Assembly: GCA_963787125.1 (NCBI GenBank)
Contig: CAWBBV010000007.1
Coordinates: 32,001 to 96,000 of the forward strand
DNA from: an uncultured delta proteobacterium
Lineage (GTDB): Bacteria; Desulfobacterota; Desulfuromonadia; Geobacterales; DSM-12255
Direction: 5' to 3'
Length of the DNA stretch: 64,000 nucleotides
Of the stretch, positions 30,638-40,883 are shown piece by piece. A program made the position numbers and the translations under genes. How positions within the stretch are numbered: the first letter of the stretch is position 1; each line of letters starts with the position of its first letter. A model generated the notes under the pieces. It was not told the origin of the DNA and did not search any database. It worked only from the letters and a program-made list of their open reading frames with translations.

Positions 30638-33087
30638 GCAGATACCCCTTTATGTGAGGTGACAAGCAGTTTACCTACCGGCGATTTTTTCTTCTTCACA
30701 ATCGGTTCTGCAGGGTTGACCGCAGCAATCGGAAAGTTTTCAAGCGCAATCCTGAGAACCTCTTCAACCTCTTTTACAGTTATGATATGCACCTTTTTAA
30801 GAATGGTCTTGGGAATATCGTGAAGGTCCTTTTCATTTTGAGCAGGGATGATAATGGTTTTTATCCCTGCCCTGACAGCGGCAAGGATTTTCTCCTTGAG
30901 TCCGCCGATAGGGAGAACCTTGCCCCGGAGGGTGATCTCTCCGGTCATGGCGACCTCTTTTTTGACAGGAGTCTTGGTAAGCGCCGACACCAGTGCCGTT
31001 GCCATGGTAATCCCGGCTGAAGGGCCGTCTTTCGGGATGGCGCCGGCTGGGACGTGGACATGTATTTCAATGTTCTGGAAAAGGTCATCAGCGAGATTAA
31101 ATTCTTTACTTTTTGAGCGAATCCAGGAAAGAGCTGCCTGCACAGACTCTTTCATGACATCGCCAAGATGACCTGTGAGGGTAAGGCCACCTTTGCCATT
31201 CATTATGGTCGCTTCAATATGAAGGGTCTCTCCCCCGACCGGGGTCCAGGCAAGTCCGGTTACCAAACCGATTTCGTTCTTTTCCGCTTCCGGTTCACGG
31301 ATGAATTTCGGCGGACCGAGATACTTACTGACATTGGCAGCGTTGATCATGAAACGTCGCTTGTCTCCTTCGGCAATCTGGCGGGCAACTTTCCGGCAGA
31401 CTCCACCGATTTCCCGCTCCAGGTTTCGCAGGCCAGCTTCTCTGGTGTAGCTGGCAATCAGCGTCTTGATTGATTCATCGGTAAACGTGATGTTTTTGGT
31501 TGTAATCCCGTTGTCTTTGGTCTGTCTCGGGACAAGGTAGCGCTTGGCTATCTCCAGCTTCTCCTCTTCTGTATAGCCGGAGAGATTAATCACTTCCATC
31601 CGGTCCAGCAGTGGGCCGGGAATCGTATCTATCTGATTTGCCGTAGCAATGAACATTACATTGGAAAGATTGAATGGCAGATTTATGTAATGATCGGAAA
31701 ACATGTAGTTCTGTTCAGGATCAAGTACCTCAAGCAGTGCAGATGACGGGTCACCGCGGAAATCGGACCCGAGTTTGTCGAGTTCGTCAAGCATGAAGAC
31801 GGGATTGTTCATCCCGGCCTGTTTCAACCCCTGAATGATCCTTCCTGGCAGAGCACCCACATAAGTCCGTCTGTGGCCGCGGATCTCGGCTTCATCACGC
31901 ATGCCGCCAAGGGACATTCGTACAAATTTTCTCCCCATGGCCCTGGCAATGGACTTGCCAAGAGAAGTCTTGCCGACACCGGGGGGGCCGACGAAGCAGA
32001 GAATCGGCCCTTTCATTTTCTTACGGAGTTTGCGGACCGCCAAAAACTCAAGGATGCGCTCTTTTATTTTCTCAAGACAGTAATGATCCTCATCCAGAAT
32101 CACCTGTGCCCTTTTGATATCAAGTGAGTCACGGGTAGATTTACTCCAGGGGATCTCCACCATCCAGTCAAGAAATGTTCTGAGCATGCCCGACTCTGCT
32201 GAATCGGGGTGCATCTGCTCCAGTCTGCCCAACTGTTTCAGCGCTTCTTTTTCGATGGTTTTGGGCATTTTGGCAGCTTCGATAGCTTTCCTGATCTCTG
32301 CAATCTCTTCCGAACGGGAGTCAGTTTCGCCAAGTTCCAGTTGTATCGCCCGAAGTTGCTCGCGCAGGTAATACTCCTTCTGGCTCTTGCCCATCTCCTC
32401 TTTTGCGGCCGTCTGGATCTTGGCCTGCATCCCCAGCAGCTCATGTTCCTTTGCCAGAAATTCGTTTACCTTTGTCAGTCTTGCGACCGGATCGGTAATT
32501 TCGAGAAGAGCCTGTGCTTCTTCAACCTTTAGGCCGATATTGCTGGAGACCAGATCCGCTAGGCTGCCGATATCCTGCATGTTCTCGACTATGACGATCA
32601 CCTCAGGGGAGACCGGTTTCCCCAAGGCGATAATTTTATTTAGCTGATCCTTGACAGCCCTGACAAGCGCTTCAAGCTCCAGAGAATCCTCAGGCGGCGG
32701 CGGCTCGGTAATCCGTTCTATATTGACCTCATAGCAGGGCTCAAGGCTTTCGAACGAGCTGATGCGTGCCTTGGCAAGGCCTTGCACCAGAATCTTTACC
32801 CGCCCGTCAGGGAGCTTCAGCATCCGCATGATCATCGCCACTGTACCGACCTGATATATCGCCTCAGGCGCCGGATCCTCCTCACCAAGATCTTTCTGGG
32901 TGGCAAGAAAAATCAGTCTGTCTCCGGCCAGAGCCTTGTCGACAGCGTTTATCGAAACTTCACGGCCTACAAAAAGCGGGAGGATCATGTATGGATAGAC
33001 AACTACATCCCTGACTGGTAGAAGCGGGAGTCGGTCCGGAATTTTCAGCTCATCACTCTCCTGTATCGCTTCCATTGCAATTTCCAT
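30634..33087 (-). CDS. lon: ATP-dependent Lon protease (paralogue 2)
   Basis: [35 protein letters not shown]. Confidence 0.96.
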   Translation of the reverse strand: MEIAMEAIQESDELKIPDRLPLLPVRDVVVYPYMILPLFVGREVSINAVDKALAGDRLIFLATQKDLGEEDPAPEAIYQVGTVAMIMRMLKLPDGRVKILVQGLAKARISSFESLEPCYEVNIERITEPPPPEDSLELEALVRAVKDQLNKIIALGKPVSPEVIVIVENMQDIGSLADLVSSNIGLKVEEAQALLEITDPVARLTKVNEFLAKEHELLGMQAKIQTAAKEEMGKSQKEYYLREQLRAIQLELGETDSRSEEIAEIRKAIEAAKMPKTIEKEALKQLGRLEQMHPDSAESGMLRTFLDWMVEIPWSKSTRDSLDIKRAQVILDEDHYCLEKIKERILEFLAVRKLRKKMKGPILCFVGPPGVGKTSLGKSIARAMGRKFVRMSLGGMRDEAEIRGHRRTYVGALPGRIIQGLKQAGMNNPVFMLDELDKLGSDFRGDPSSALLEVLDPEQNYMFSDHYINLPFNLSNVMFIATANQIDTIPGPLLDRMEVINLSGYTEEEKLEIAKRYLVPRQTKDNGITTKNITFTDESIKTLIASYTREAGLRNLEREIGGVCRKVARQIAEGDKRRFMINAANVSKYLGPPKFIREPEAEKNEIGLVTGLAWTPVGGETLHIEATIMNGKGGLTLTGHLGDVMKESVQAALSWIRSKSKEFNLADDLFQNIEIHVHVPAGAIPKDGPSAGITMATALVSALTKTPVKKEVAMTGEITLRGKVLPIGGLKEKILAAVRAGIKTIIIPAQNEKDLHDIPKTILKKVHIITVKEVEEVLRIALENFPIAAVNPAEPIVKKKKSPVGKLLVTSHKGVSA

Positions 33088-33107
33088 TGGTGCTCTCCTA
33101 AATAAGA

Positions 33108-33184
33108 CAGTATTCAGTAGTCGGGTGTCAGTTGAAAGAACTTTACGCTGACATCTGGATGCTGACTCCTGACTCCTGATTTCT
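33108..33184. repeat. degenerate palindromic heptanucleotide repeat element
   Basis: CAGTATT-CAGTAGT-CGGGTGT-CAG opposite CTGACAT-CTGGATG-CTGACTC-CTGACTC-CTGATTT. Confidence 0.55.
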
Positions 33185-33580
33185 TCTTGCTATTTTTATC
33201 GATAGAACGCCCCGTTCACAGGACATTGATATCTTCTCGGGATCAAAATTGCTCGGGATCTCGATACTCCGTGAAAAACGACCAAAGTGCCGTTCAAGGC
33301 AGATATAACTCATTGCAGAGTCAATTCTTTCCTGACGCTTTACCCCTTCAAGGCGGATTGTCGACCCAATTGTTGTGATGGTAAAATCGTTTTCAGAAAA
33401 ACCGGGGAGATCAACTTCAATTACATACTGTGAGGCTGATTCGCAAATGTCCATATACGGCGAAAATTCATGCTGAACAGAGCCCTGCTCCTTCAAACGG
33501 AACATGTAATTGAACATCTCGTCCATATGTTGCCTGAACATTGACAAGCAGTCAGCGTCATCGTTTGGTTGAAATGCCAT
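33143..33580 (-). CDS. Hsp20/alpha-crystallin small heat-shock protein
   Basis: PYMDI.E....VIEVDLPG, ERHFGRFSRSI.IP, GVLSIKI; GGAGG RBS before ATG 33580; upstream of lon. Confidence 0.9.
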   Translation of the reverse strand: MAFQPNDDADCLSMFRQHMDEMFNYMFRLKEQGSVQHEFSPYMDICESASQYVIEVDLPGFSENDFTITTIGSTIRLEGVKRQERIDSAMSYICLERHFGRFSRSIEIPSNFDPEKISMSCERGVLSIKIARRNQESGVSIQMSA

Positions 33581-33803
33581 AGTCCCCCTCCGGCAGATTT
33601 TCACCTAGTATACCAGATGATTTAATCATCTTTGTCTTGAAAGTCAAGCCATTCCGCCGGATGTCAAAGGGCGTAGAACTGTAATTTATTGAACTTTTCA
33701 GCCCGTCAGTGTATGATTCGGAACTTTAAATGGCAACAGTCCGCAATTTTGAGCAGTTAAGCTGTTTTATTCATGTAACTAGACCCTATGAAGGAACCTA
33801 TAT

Positions 33804-35690
33804 ATGAAAAAGATCATTCCGTTTCTGCTAATAGCTGCGCTTACGTCCGGTTTTACATGGGGGAAAAGCTCTTCTGACAAGTGCGACGAAGCAAAGCAAC
33901 TGGCATTTGGGCTTACATCATTAACCGACAGGGGAAGTCGGCTCGAAGCAGAGGCTGCAATCCGCCAGCTCTGTCTTGACGGTGCAGCTGGTCTTTTTGT
34001 CAAAGGGTATGCTTTTGAAGTAGCCGGAAACCTTGAAAAAGCGCTGCTGTCATACAGGGAGGCGCTGCGGCTGGATCCGGAGTTCGCTCCGGCAAACGGC
34101 AGGGCGGGGCTGATCCTTCTTGAAAACAGGCGCGATGATGAAGCGGCTATTGAGCTGACAAAAGCGATGAAGCTCCATGCTGATGCTCTCTACAATAAGG
34201 GGCTGGCAAAAATTTTCACGGGGAGAAAGCTGTATTCACTGGCTATCTTCCACTACCAGGAGGCGATCAAGAGCTTCCCCTCCGATGCCACCCTTTTTTC
34301 AGGAATCGCCCAGGTTTATCGTGATACCGGCGAAATACTGAAAGCAGAAGAGGCTTACCGGCGGGCACTTGCTTTAAATCCCGGCAACAGGGAGTCACAT
34401 CTTGGTTTGGCAGCTATTTATACCGATTCCAGTCAGTACGATAAGGCTCTTGACCAACTCAAGAAAGCAGAAGTGTCTACACCGCTCGACAAGGATATTC
34501 ACCGTCTGATGGCAGAAATCTACCTTAAAAAGGGAGACGGTGCCAATGCCGAATCAGAGTCGATCCTTGCCGGAATTCAGCCCAAAAAGATCGAGTTGAA
34601 AACAGCTGATGGTGACCTTTTCTTTGCCGCCAGAGAATTTGAAAAGGCCGCAGCTGCATATCGAACAGAAATTGCAGCGGATCCTGAAAATAGAGATCTG
34701 CGCCGTAAACTTGGCAACACTCTTATGCTTGCCGGTCATGAAGATGACGCAATCCTGGCTTATAAAGAGGCGCTGCGACTAAAAGCCGAAGGCCAGGAGA
34801 TTCATTACAATCTTGGCCTTCTTTATGAGAATAAGGGGCTGCATGATGAAGCTGTGGTCGAGTATAAACAGGCGCTGAAATCTGGCGAGAATGTTGATGT
34901 ACGGTACCGTCTGGCTGATATTTATACCAAAAGAGGCAGCCTGCAGCAGGCGATCGAACAGTACAGAATACTGCTAAACGCAACTCCTGCAGACCAGGCG
35001 CTCCTTTTGAAGCTTGCCAAGGCTTACACTCTGGCCGGTAATCAGAAAGAAGCTATAGCTACTTACAAGGAGATGGTTCGGGTAAACTCCGACCATCTGG
35101 ACGCTCACCGCGAACTGGCGGCTCTTTATAAAAAAGGTAACATGCAGGATGAAACTGAAAATGAGTATCGTGAGATATTGCGCCATAAAAAAGATGATAT
35201 GGAGACGCGCAACGCTCTCACTTCAATTTATGTCCGGAAGAAAAGCTATGATGAACTTGTAGCCCTGCTTAAAGAGAGTGTGGCGATGGCTCCACAGGAC
35301 TCGGCCCAACTGTACAAACTTGGTCTTGTTTATGAGTTCCAGAAGGATTACGTTAATGCCGCTGCCAGCTATGAAGAGGCGATCAAGCTGAAGGAAGATA
35401 ATGCCAAGGTCCTCAATGCGCTTGGCCGGATCAACATGAAGACCGGGCATATCAAGGAGGCCAAAGAGTATCTGGAGAAAGCAAAGGCTGCTGATCCGAA
35501 TATGGAAGAGGCTACCCTGTTGCTCAATAACATCCGGGATGAGCTGGCACCGGATCCGTCGAAATACAAGAAGAGCAAAAAAGGCAAAAAGAGTAAAAAA
35601 AGCAAATCATCCAAAAAAAGTACCAAAAAGAGCAGCGCAAAAACCACTAAAAAACCGGCTGCAAAAGCCGCTTCCGGAGCGGGGCAATAA
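33804..35690 (+). CDS. secreted multi-TPR protein with Lys/Ser/Ala-rich C-terminal tail
   Basis: Signal peptide, many TPR-like repeats (AY..AL.L.P), tail KYKKSKKGKKSKKSKSSKKSTKK. Confidence 0.88.
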   Translation: MKKIIPFLLIAALTSGFTWGKSSSDKCDEAKQLAFGLTSLTDRGSRLEAEAAIRQLCLDGAAGLFVKGYAFEVAGNLEKALLSYREALRLDPEFAPANGRAGLILLENRRDDEAAIELTKAMKLHADALYNKGLAKIFTGRKLYSLAIFHYQEAIKSFPSDATLFSGIAQVYRDTGEILKAEEAYRRALALNPGNRESHLGLAAIYTDSSQYDKALDQLKKAEVSTPLDKDIHRLMAEIYLKKGDGANAESESILAGIQPKKIELKTADGDLFFAAREFEKAAAAYRTEIAADPENRDLRRKLGNTLMLAGHEDDAILAYKEALRLKAEGQEIHYNLGLLYENKGLHDEAVVEYKQALKSGENVDVRYRLADIYTKRGSLQQAIEQYRILLNATPADQALLLKLAKAYTLAGNQKEAIATYKEMVRVNSDHLDAHRELAALYKKGNMQDETENEYREILRHKKDDMETRNALTSIYVRKKSYDELVALLKESVAMAPQDSAQLYKLGLVYEFQKDYVNAAASYEEAIKLKEDNAKVLNALGRINMKTGHIKEAKEYLEKAKAADPNMEEATLLLNNIRDELAPDPSKYKKSKKGKKSKKSKSSKKSTKKSSAKTTKKPAAKAASGAGQ

Positions 35691-35740
35691 CTGTACTGAA
35701 TATTTATCGCTAGCTAAGACATCCGCGCGAGGGCTGCCCA

Positions 35741-37597
35741 ATGAAAATTGAAACTCTTATGCAGCAAGCCTGTCAAAAGTTTGCCAATAGACCTGCTTTA
35801 AGGCAAAAAGTCGGCGAAGTTTGGCAAGAGACCACCTATGGGCTGCTCTGGACAGCTTCGGACCGGATTGCGGCGGGGCTGGTACGCGAAGGATTCAAGC
35901 CGGGTGAACATGCGGCCATCCTGGCGCCTTCGTCAACGCGCTGGGTTATTGTCTATCTTGGTATCCTTAAAGCCGGTGGCGTAGTGGTGCCGGTGGACAA
36001 GGAGCTTAAAAGCGCTGAATTGCGCCATGTGTTGGGTGACTGCGATGCCAGGGTGCTCTTCACCGATCAGCCCTACCTCGATACAATTCTGGAGATTGCC
36101 GGTGCCTTGCCGCTGCTCGGCAAGATCGTTACCCTGCACCCCTCCAACAGTGAAGGTGGCATTGATCCGCGAATAGCCCGGGCTGTTGAGGCATTGATCG
36201 AAGAGTGGCAAGGTTTTGTAGCCACCACCGGTATCACTCCGGAGCGAGTTTCCCGCCTGGAGACTCTTGCCAGCAGCGTTCATAGGTCGCTGCTTACCTC
36301 CGGTAAAAACAGAACCGAACAGAGCGCGCCTGACGATCTCTTTTCCCGTGCCAGGCTGCTGCGCAAAGATCTGGCCAAGCAAGGCCGGCTTTTCCCTTAT
36401 GAGGCGCTGGAATACGAGGCGCCACTCCCGCCCAACAACCGCACTACTGACGACATCGCTGTCATTCTTTACACCTCCGGCACCACCGGTCGCTCCAAAG
36501 GGGCAATGCTGAGTCACGGCAATATAGTCTCCAATATCCTCGGGACTTCGACACATTTCGGCTTGACTGATACGATCCATACCCTCTCGTTTCTGCCGAT
36601 AAATCACGTCTTTGAACAGGTCTGCGGTGTTTTTACCCCCCTGTCGCTTGGTGGTAAAGTTTCGTTTTGCGAATCACTCAAAAAGCTCGGCGAGAATCTT
36701 AAAGAGGTGCAACCAACCTTTTTCCTCGGTGTTCCGGCTGTCTATCGCATGCTTTTTGATCGGATCATGAAGAACATCGGCGCTAAAACCATCTCCCAGC
36801 TCCTTTTTTCTTTTCCCATCACCCGGCCGCTCATTACTGCCAAAATCAGGCAGACTTTCGGCTCCGGCACTATTTTTATCAGCGGTGGTGCGGCTCTCGA
36901 TCCGGCTATTGCCTCAGGCCTCACGACCCTTGGTTTTAAAATCTATCAAGGATATGGAATCACCGAGACAGCACCGGTTGTCAGCGCCGAATCTCCTGGT
37001 CGCCAATGTGTCGGCACTGTTGGTCATACGCTCCCCGGGGTGGAGATCCGTATCGACGATCCGAACGAAGAAGGGATCGGCGAAATGATTGTCAAAGGGC
37101 CGAATGTCATGCACGGCTATTACAAAAATCCTCTGGCTACCGCCGAAGTGTTGACAGATGGCTGGTATCGTACCGGTGACCTTGGTCGCATCGACAGTTC
37201 GGGCTACGTTACCATCTGTGGTCGGGTGAAAAACCTGATTGTCACTCCCAACGGCAAGAATGTTTATCCTGAAGAAGTTGAGATTGAACTGCTCAAGAGC
37301 CGCTTCATTGCCGAGGTAATGGTTTACGGTCATAAGGTGGGTGCTGCCGAGGACGTGCACGCGATTATCTACCCGAATCAGGAAGCAATGGATGACTACA
37401 TCCGCAGTAAAGACGCAGCTCCAATGACGGTTGCCGATGTTCAGGCGCTTATTCGTACAGAGGTTCATGCCGCCTGCAACAGCCTGGCCGACTACAAGCG
37501 GATCAAGAAGTTCACGATCCGCGAGGATGAATTCCCCAAGACGACAACTCGCAAGATCAAGCGGTTTGAAGTCGGGGCGACTGTTTCGATGCATTAG
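35741..37597 (+). CDS. long-chain fatty-acid--CoA ligase (AMP-binding)
   Basis: YTSGTTGRSKG, GYGITET, RTGDLG, GRVKNLIV..NGKNVYPEE, PKTTTRKIKR. Confidence 0.92.
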   Translation: MKIETLMQQACQKFANRPALRQKVGEVWQETTYGLLWTASDRIAAGLVREGFKPGEHAAILAPSSTRWVIVYLGILKAGGVVVPVDKELKSAELRHVLGDCDARVLFTDQPYLDTILEIAGALPLLGKIVTLHPSNSEGGIDPRIARAVEALIEEWQGFVATTGITPERVSRLETLASSVHRSLLTSGKNRTEQSAPDDLFSRARLLRKDLAKQGRLFPYEALEYEAPLPPNNRTTDDIAVILYTSGTTGRSKGAMLSHGNIVSNILGTSTHFGLTDTIHTLSFLPINHVFEQVCGVFTPLSLGGKVSFCESLKKLGENLKEVQPTFFLGVPAVYRMLFDRIMKNIGAKTISQLLFSFPITRPLITAKIRQTFGSGTIFISGGAALDPAIASGLTTLGFKIYQGYGITETAPVVSAESPGRQCVGTVGHTLPGVEIRIDDPNEEGIGEMIVKGPNVMHGYYKNPLATAEVLTDGWYRTGDLGRIDSSGYVTICGRVKNLIVTPNGKNVYPEEVEIELLKSRFIAEVMVYGHKVGAAEDVHAIIYPNQEAMDDYIRSKDAAPMTVADVQALIRTEVHAACNSLADYKRIKKFTIREDEFPKTTTRKIKRFEVGATVSMH

Positions 37598-37624
37598 GGT
37601 CCGGCTTTTCTGATATCTGCAGTG

Positions 37625-37661
37625 AGACCGCCGGGGTTTTTAGAAGCTCTGGCGGTCTTTT
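37625..37661 (+). terminator. hairpin terminator between the convergent ligase and WYL genes
   Basis: AGACCGCCGGGGTT...AGCTCTGGCGGTCT followed by TTT; overlaps the WYL stop codon. Confidence 0.6.
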
Positions 37662-38662
37662 GTCTGATGACTTATCTTATAACGCTCTCCAAGTCTCTGA
37701 GCCAGTTCCGCAAACTCTTGCCGTAAAGCTTGCGGGGCATGAACTTCCACTCTGTCACCGAAACCCCGTAACCACCAGCGCAGCTGCAATGAATCGTCAA
37801 CCGTTGCCGTCACTTCGAAACTGCCATCCTCTCGTCCATCGATTGTCTGATTCGCTGCAATCGGAGCCTCTGCAAGTCTCTGTATGTCGGCAGCCCGCTC
37901 AAATCTGACTCTCAGGCAAATCTTGCCACCAAGTGGAAACTTCATCTCTCTGGCAATATAATCGTCCAGATTGAAGCCTTGCGGCAGAGTCACTGTTTTA
38001 TCCAACAAGATAACGTTTTTGATCCGGTGCAGTAGCAGCAGTACCGGGTCAGCGTGCTCATTCAGCGAAGCAACCAGATAGGTCAAGCCTTCCACGAAGA
38101 CCATCCCCAACGGATTTACTTCATGCTCCTTGTTCTTCCCGCCAACTGTCCGATATTTCGCAATAAAACGCCGCTCTTCTAAGAGAGCCGTATACACAGA
38201 CTCGGAAATCTCTTCAGGAACTTGCGGTGGAATAATTGCGAGGTTGCGTGATACCACCTTCACTTTGTCAGGCCAGCGGGAAAGACTTGAATCACTGCAC
38301 TGTTTCAGGCGCTCATCTGCACTTTTGATATACGGCTTGAGTGCCGTCAGGACCCCGTGGGGCAGCATCTGGCCGACATGTTTTTCCGCCAGTTTGAAGG
38401 TAAGCGCTGCCACAGGATCCATGTTGGGAATATCGAAAGCTGCAGCGTCCTTGCTCCAACTCCAGCCTGCCGGGCGGTTGTTGTCACGACTCAGGGGAAA
38501 TAGTCTGGAAAGCTCATTCAGGTCACGCTGAATGGTTCGAATATCAGGTGCAACGCCATCATCCGACTGTAGTCGGTCAAGAATGTCTTTAGTTGAAATG
38601 CGTCTGTGGCGAGAGAACATGCGCAGAATTAACCATTGGCGGTAGATTGTTTCCATTATCAT
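37640..38662 (-). CDS. HTH + WYL/WCX transcriptional regulator (island-associated)
   Basis: IRTIQRDL HTH, VNPLGMV...YLVA...LLLHRI WYL domain, WWLRGFGDRVEVHAP..LR WCX domain. Confidence 0.9.
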   Translation of the reverse strand: MIMETIYRQWLILRMFSRHRRISTKDILDRLQSDDGVAPDIRTIQRDLNELSRLFPLSRDNNRPAGWSWSKDAAAFDIPNMDPVAALTFKLAEKHVGQMLPHGVLTALKPYIKSADERLKQCSDSSLSRWPDKVKVVSRNLAIIPPQVPEEISESVYTALLEERRFIAKYRTVGGKNKEHEVNPLGMVFVEGLTYLVASLNEHADPVLLLLHRIKNVILLDKTVTLPQGFNLDDYIAREMKFPLGGKICLRVRFERAADIQRLAEAPIAANQTIDGREDGSFEVTATVDDSLQLRWWLRGFGDRVEVHAPQALRQEFAELAQRLGERYKISHQTKDRQSF

Positions 38663-38682
38663 AACTCCATAGTGATGTTTTT

Positions 38683-38717
38683 AGGCGACGTATTATGTCG
38701 TTTTATTGGAGTATATT
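38683..38717 (+). promoter_or_regulatory. putative WYL box (AGGCGAC-N7-GTCGTTT) with a -10-like TATATT 10 nt downstream; overlaps the divergent WYL-gene promoter
   Basis: TGTCGT-N10-TATATT on the plus strand; on the minus strand TTCAAT-N17-CATAAT has its -10 inside the box. Confidence 0.65.
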
Positions 38718-38921
38718 GAATAAAACCGGATTTGCAACGACTATCATTATCAGCAAAAAGGACCTGGTAAATGTCCAGACATGAATCCATGGGTGAACGG
38801 AAGAACTGTTTTTTTGAATGCTAATGAAAGCAAATCAAGTTAGAAAGGATCACAGAATAATGACCCTCAGCAGAGTTATCATACCGGATGTAAAAAACTA
38901 CAGCACCAAAGGGGAGAGACT

Positions 38922-39617
38922 ATGCAACTAACTGACGATGAAATGCTTCTTTTACAGCAGGCCTGCGATAAGCTGGATGACGGTGGAGATTATAGAGGGA
39001 AGAATTTCATTGATAACCTGATGATCACCGTACTTGATTTTCAGATGAATGTAAAAACCGTGAAAAAAGCACGCTATTACTTTATGGAGAAATATCCTGC
39101 CATAATAGAAAATCACGACAGTTCACTCCCTGAGCTTAAGCGCATTCTTGAAAAATATCCCGACAGCAGAGAAGACAACCTGGAGCTGGCCCATGATCTC
39201 TGGGATAACAACCACTGGTCGCGGGCTAAATTTCTCCGCAAACTGATAGAATGCCTTGAGGACAGAGGCGTACATGACCAGGCAACTCTTGTGGCATGGG
39301 CGAAGAGCGCTGACTTTGAAGAAGAGGTAAAAGGACAAATTAAAACCGAAGAACACAGCATGGGGATCGCAATCTTCAAATGGTTACAACTGCGCTGTGG
39401 CGTTGATACCGTGAAGCCGGATGTTCATATCCTCAATTTTATCCATAAAGCTGTCGGTCGAAAAGTTACCCCTGAAGTTGCTGTTGAGGTTTTGGAGAAA
39501 ATTGCCGAAAACTCAAACCGTAAACCAAATTTACTGGATGCGGCGATTTGGAAACTGGGGAGGGATACTCCGAGGAAAAAGAAGAAAAAACGGAAGAGCC
39601 CGAAGAAAAAACGGTAG
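38922..39617 (+). CDS. hypothetical protein with HhH-GPD (endonuclease III-like) features
   Basis: MGIAIFKWL..RCGVDTVKPDVHILNF...LLDAAIW resembles an HhH hairpin plus catalytic Asp region; GGGGAG RBS; basic tail. Confidence 0.6.
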   Translation: MQLTDDEMLLLQQACDKLDDGGDYRGKNFIDNLMITVLDFQMNVKTVKKARYYFMEKYPAIIENHDSSLPELKRILEKYPDSREDNLELAHDLWDNNHWSRAKFLRKLIECLEDRGVHDQATLVAWAKSADFEEEVKGQIKTEEHSMGIAIFKWLQLRCGVDTVKPDVHILNFIHKAVGRKVTPEVAVEVLEKIAENSNRKPNLLDAAIWKLGRDTPRKKKKKRKSPKKKR

Positions 39618-39654
39618 ACTTGCACTGAAGCAGTTCGATTTGGGCTGGGTTAAT

Positions 39655-39707
39655 AAGAGTCAGGGTGACGCGGCGTGGCAGGCCACAGCATCACCCTGAC
39701 TCTTTTC
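39655..39707. terminator. long hairpin between convergent genes (probable bidirectional terminator)
   Basis: Perfect 14-bp arms AAGAGTCAGGGTGA / TCACCCTGACTCTT with further internal pairing. Confidence 0.7.
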
Positions 39708-39733
39708 ATTCTATGAGCTGCGCTGTTATCGCG

Positions 39734-40519
39734 TTAAACTTCCACCCAGGACGCTGCATCACAGATTTGGAAAACCTTGCCATCCTGCACATGGCAGACA
39801 CCTGCCCAGCCTGCACTTCTTCTTGGCGACATCTCTTCACCAGCCCGGACCGGCACCTTTGCCTGGCGGAATAACGACTCAAGAAAGCTTAAAAAACCGG
39901 CCCCGAAGCCGAATGGCACAACATACACAGAACGCATGAAACCATTGCCGAAATTGCACGATTCTGTGCGCCATTTCCAGATTGTCGCCGGCCCACGGAG
40001 CCCTTTGTCCGCAAGCCACTGTTGCGCCGCAAGGAACATAGTGTCTTCAAAAGAGCCGATATAAGGGAGTCTGTCGACATTCACCTCAAGGCTGGGGAAT
40101 GTGCCTTGTTCCATAACCATGGCAGGAGTCGGAATTTCAACCTTTTCGGGCTCTTCCATGTCGACCTCTTCGGGCTCCTCCACCGGAGCAGTGGCCACTA
40201 TCGGCTCAACCAGTACGACAGTAGCCGCTGGGGCGGTAGTTCTTGTTCTGCGCTGCCGAAAGTTTTTCAGATGTTTTCCGCCGTTGACCTGATTCCCCTC
40301 TCCATCAAAAGCGACAAGCGCAAAGTCCGGATAATTGGGGGTAAAGCGGACTTTTATCCAGGCCGCCAGTGTCAGCGAACCGTCAGCAGCCTTGGTGAAG
40401 GGGTAGTCGCTAAAGCCGCCCTTATCTGCTCTGACCTTATTTCCCGCTGCATTATAAAGTTTTACGCTGAAGCGCTCTACCTGTTCAATCTGCTGTTCCA
40501 GTTCCCGGCATGTACCCAT
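39734..40519 (-). CDS. hypothetical two-domain protein
   Basis: ATG 40519 with GGGAGG 9 nt upstream; globular N domain, Pro/Glu linker, second domain; in frame with the upstream hsdS-tail copy. Confidence 0.6.
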   Translation of the reverse strand: MGTCRELEQQIEQVERFSVKLYNAAGNKVRADKGGFSDYPFTKAADGSLTLAAWIKVRFTPNYPDFALVAFDGEGNQVNGGKHLKNFRQRRTRTTAPAATVVLVEPIVATAPVEEPEEVDMEEPEKVEIPTPAMVMEQGTFPSLEVNVDRLPYIGSFEDTMFLAAQQWLADKGLRGPATIWKWRTESCNFGNGFMRSVYVVPFGFGAGFLSFLESLFRQAKVPVRAGEEMSPRRSAGWAGVCHVQDGKVFQICDAASWVEV

Positions 40520-40675
40520 GATTGTTTTCCTCCCTGGTTGTACTGCTGCAGGTGCAGCAGCTGTCGATTCCGGCGCTGAAGTTTTCTGCTCCGCCGGTTG
40601 CAGCTGATCCGGCTCAGCCTGCTTTGGCAAGCTACCCTTCTTCCCCGAAGATATCTTAATTGTCCGACCTGATTT

Positions 40676-40864
40676 GATCCGCTCCAGCAGCACCGCCGCC
40701 GGTTCGTCGCTGGGGTTCTGGGGCACCAATTCACCGCGAAAAGCCTTGGCGAGGATGGATTGGGTGAGCTTGTCTACGTGGGTCTTGGCGGTCCGGTAGC
40801 GGGCTTCCAGTTGGTCGGCCAGGGTGAAGAAGGATTCGACCCGGCGGACGATTTCTTGTTGTTC
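40676..40864 (-). pseudogene. duplicated hsdS 3' segment (direct repeat of 42694-42882); no in-frame start codon upstream of the copy
   Basis: Encodes EQQEIVRRVESFFTLADQLEARY...KAFRGELVPQNPSDEPAAVLLERI; about 13 mismatches in 189 bp by hand alignment. Confidence 0.85.
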
Positions 40865-40883
40865 GGGGAGAAAGTATAATTGA

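Noticed and set aside
9463..33087. Two lon genes with locally similar DNA as a recent duplication
   Set aside because: N-terminal domains are clearly diverged and similarity is concentrated in conserved AAA+/protease motifs; multiple Lon paralogues are ordinary in deltaproteobacteria.
38770..38824. Short ORF (MSRHESMGERKNCFFEC) downstream of the left WYL box
   Set aside because: 17 codons with a weak RBS and no supporting feature; cannot be distinguished from chance.
39655..39707. Integron attC site
   Set aside because: No clear RYYYAAC/GTTRRRY ends, single copy, and its position between convergent genes fits a terminator.
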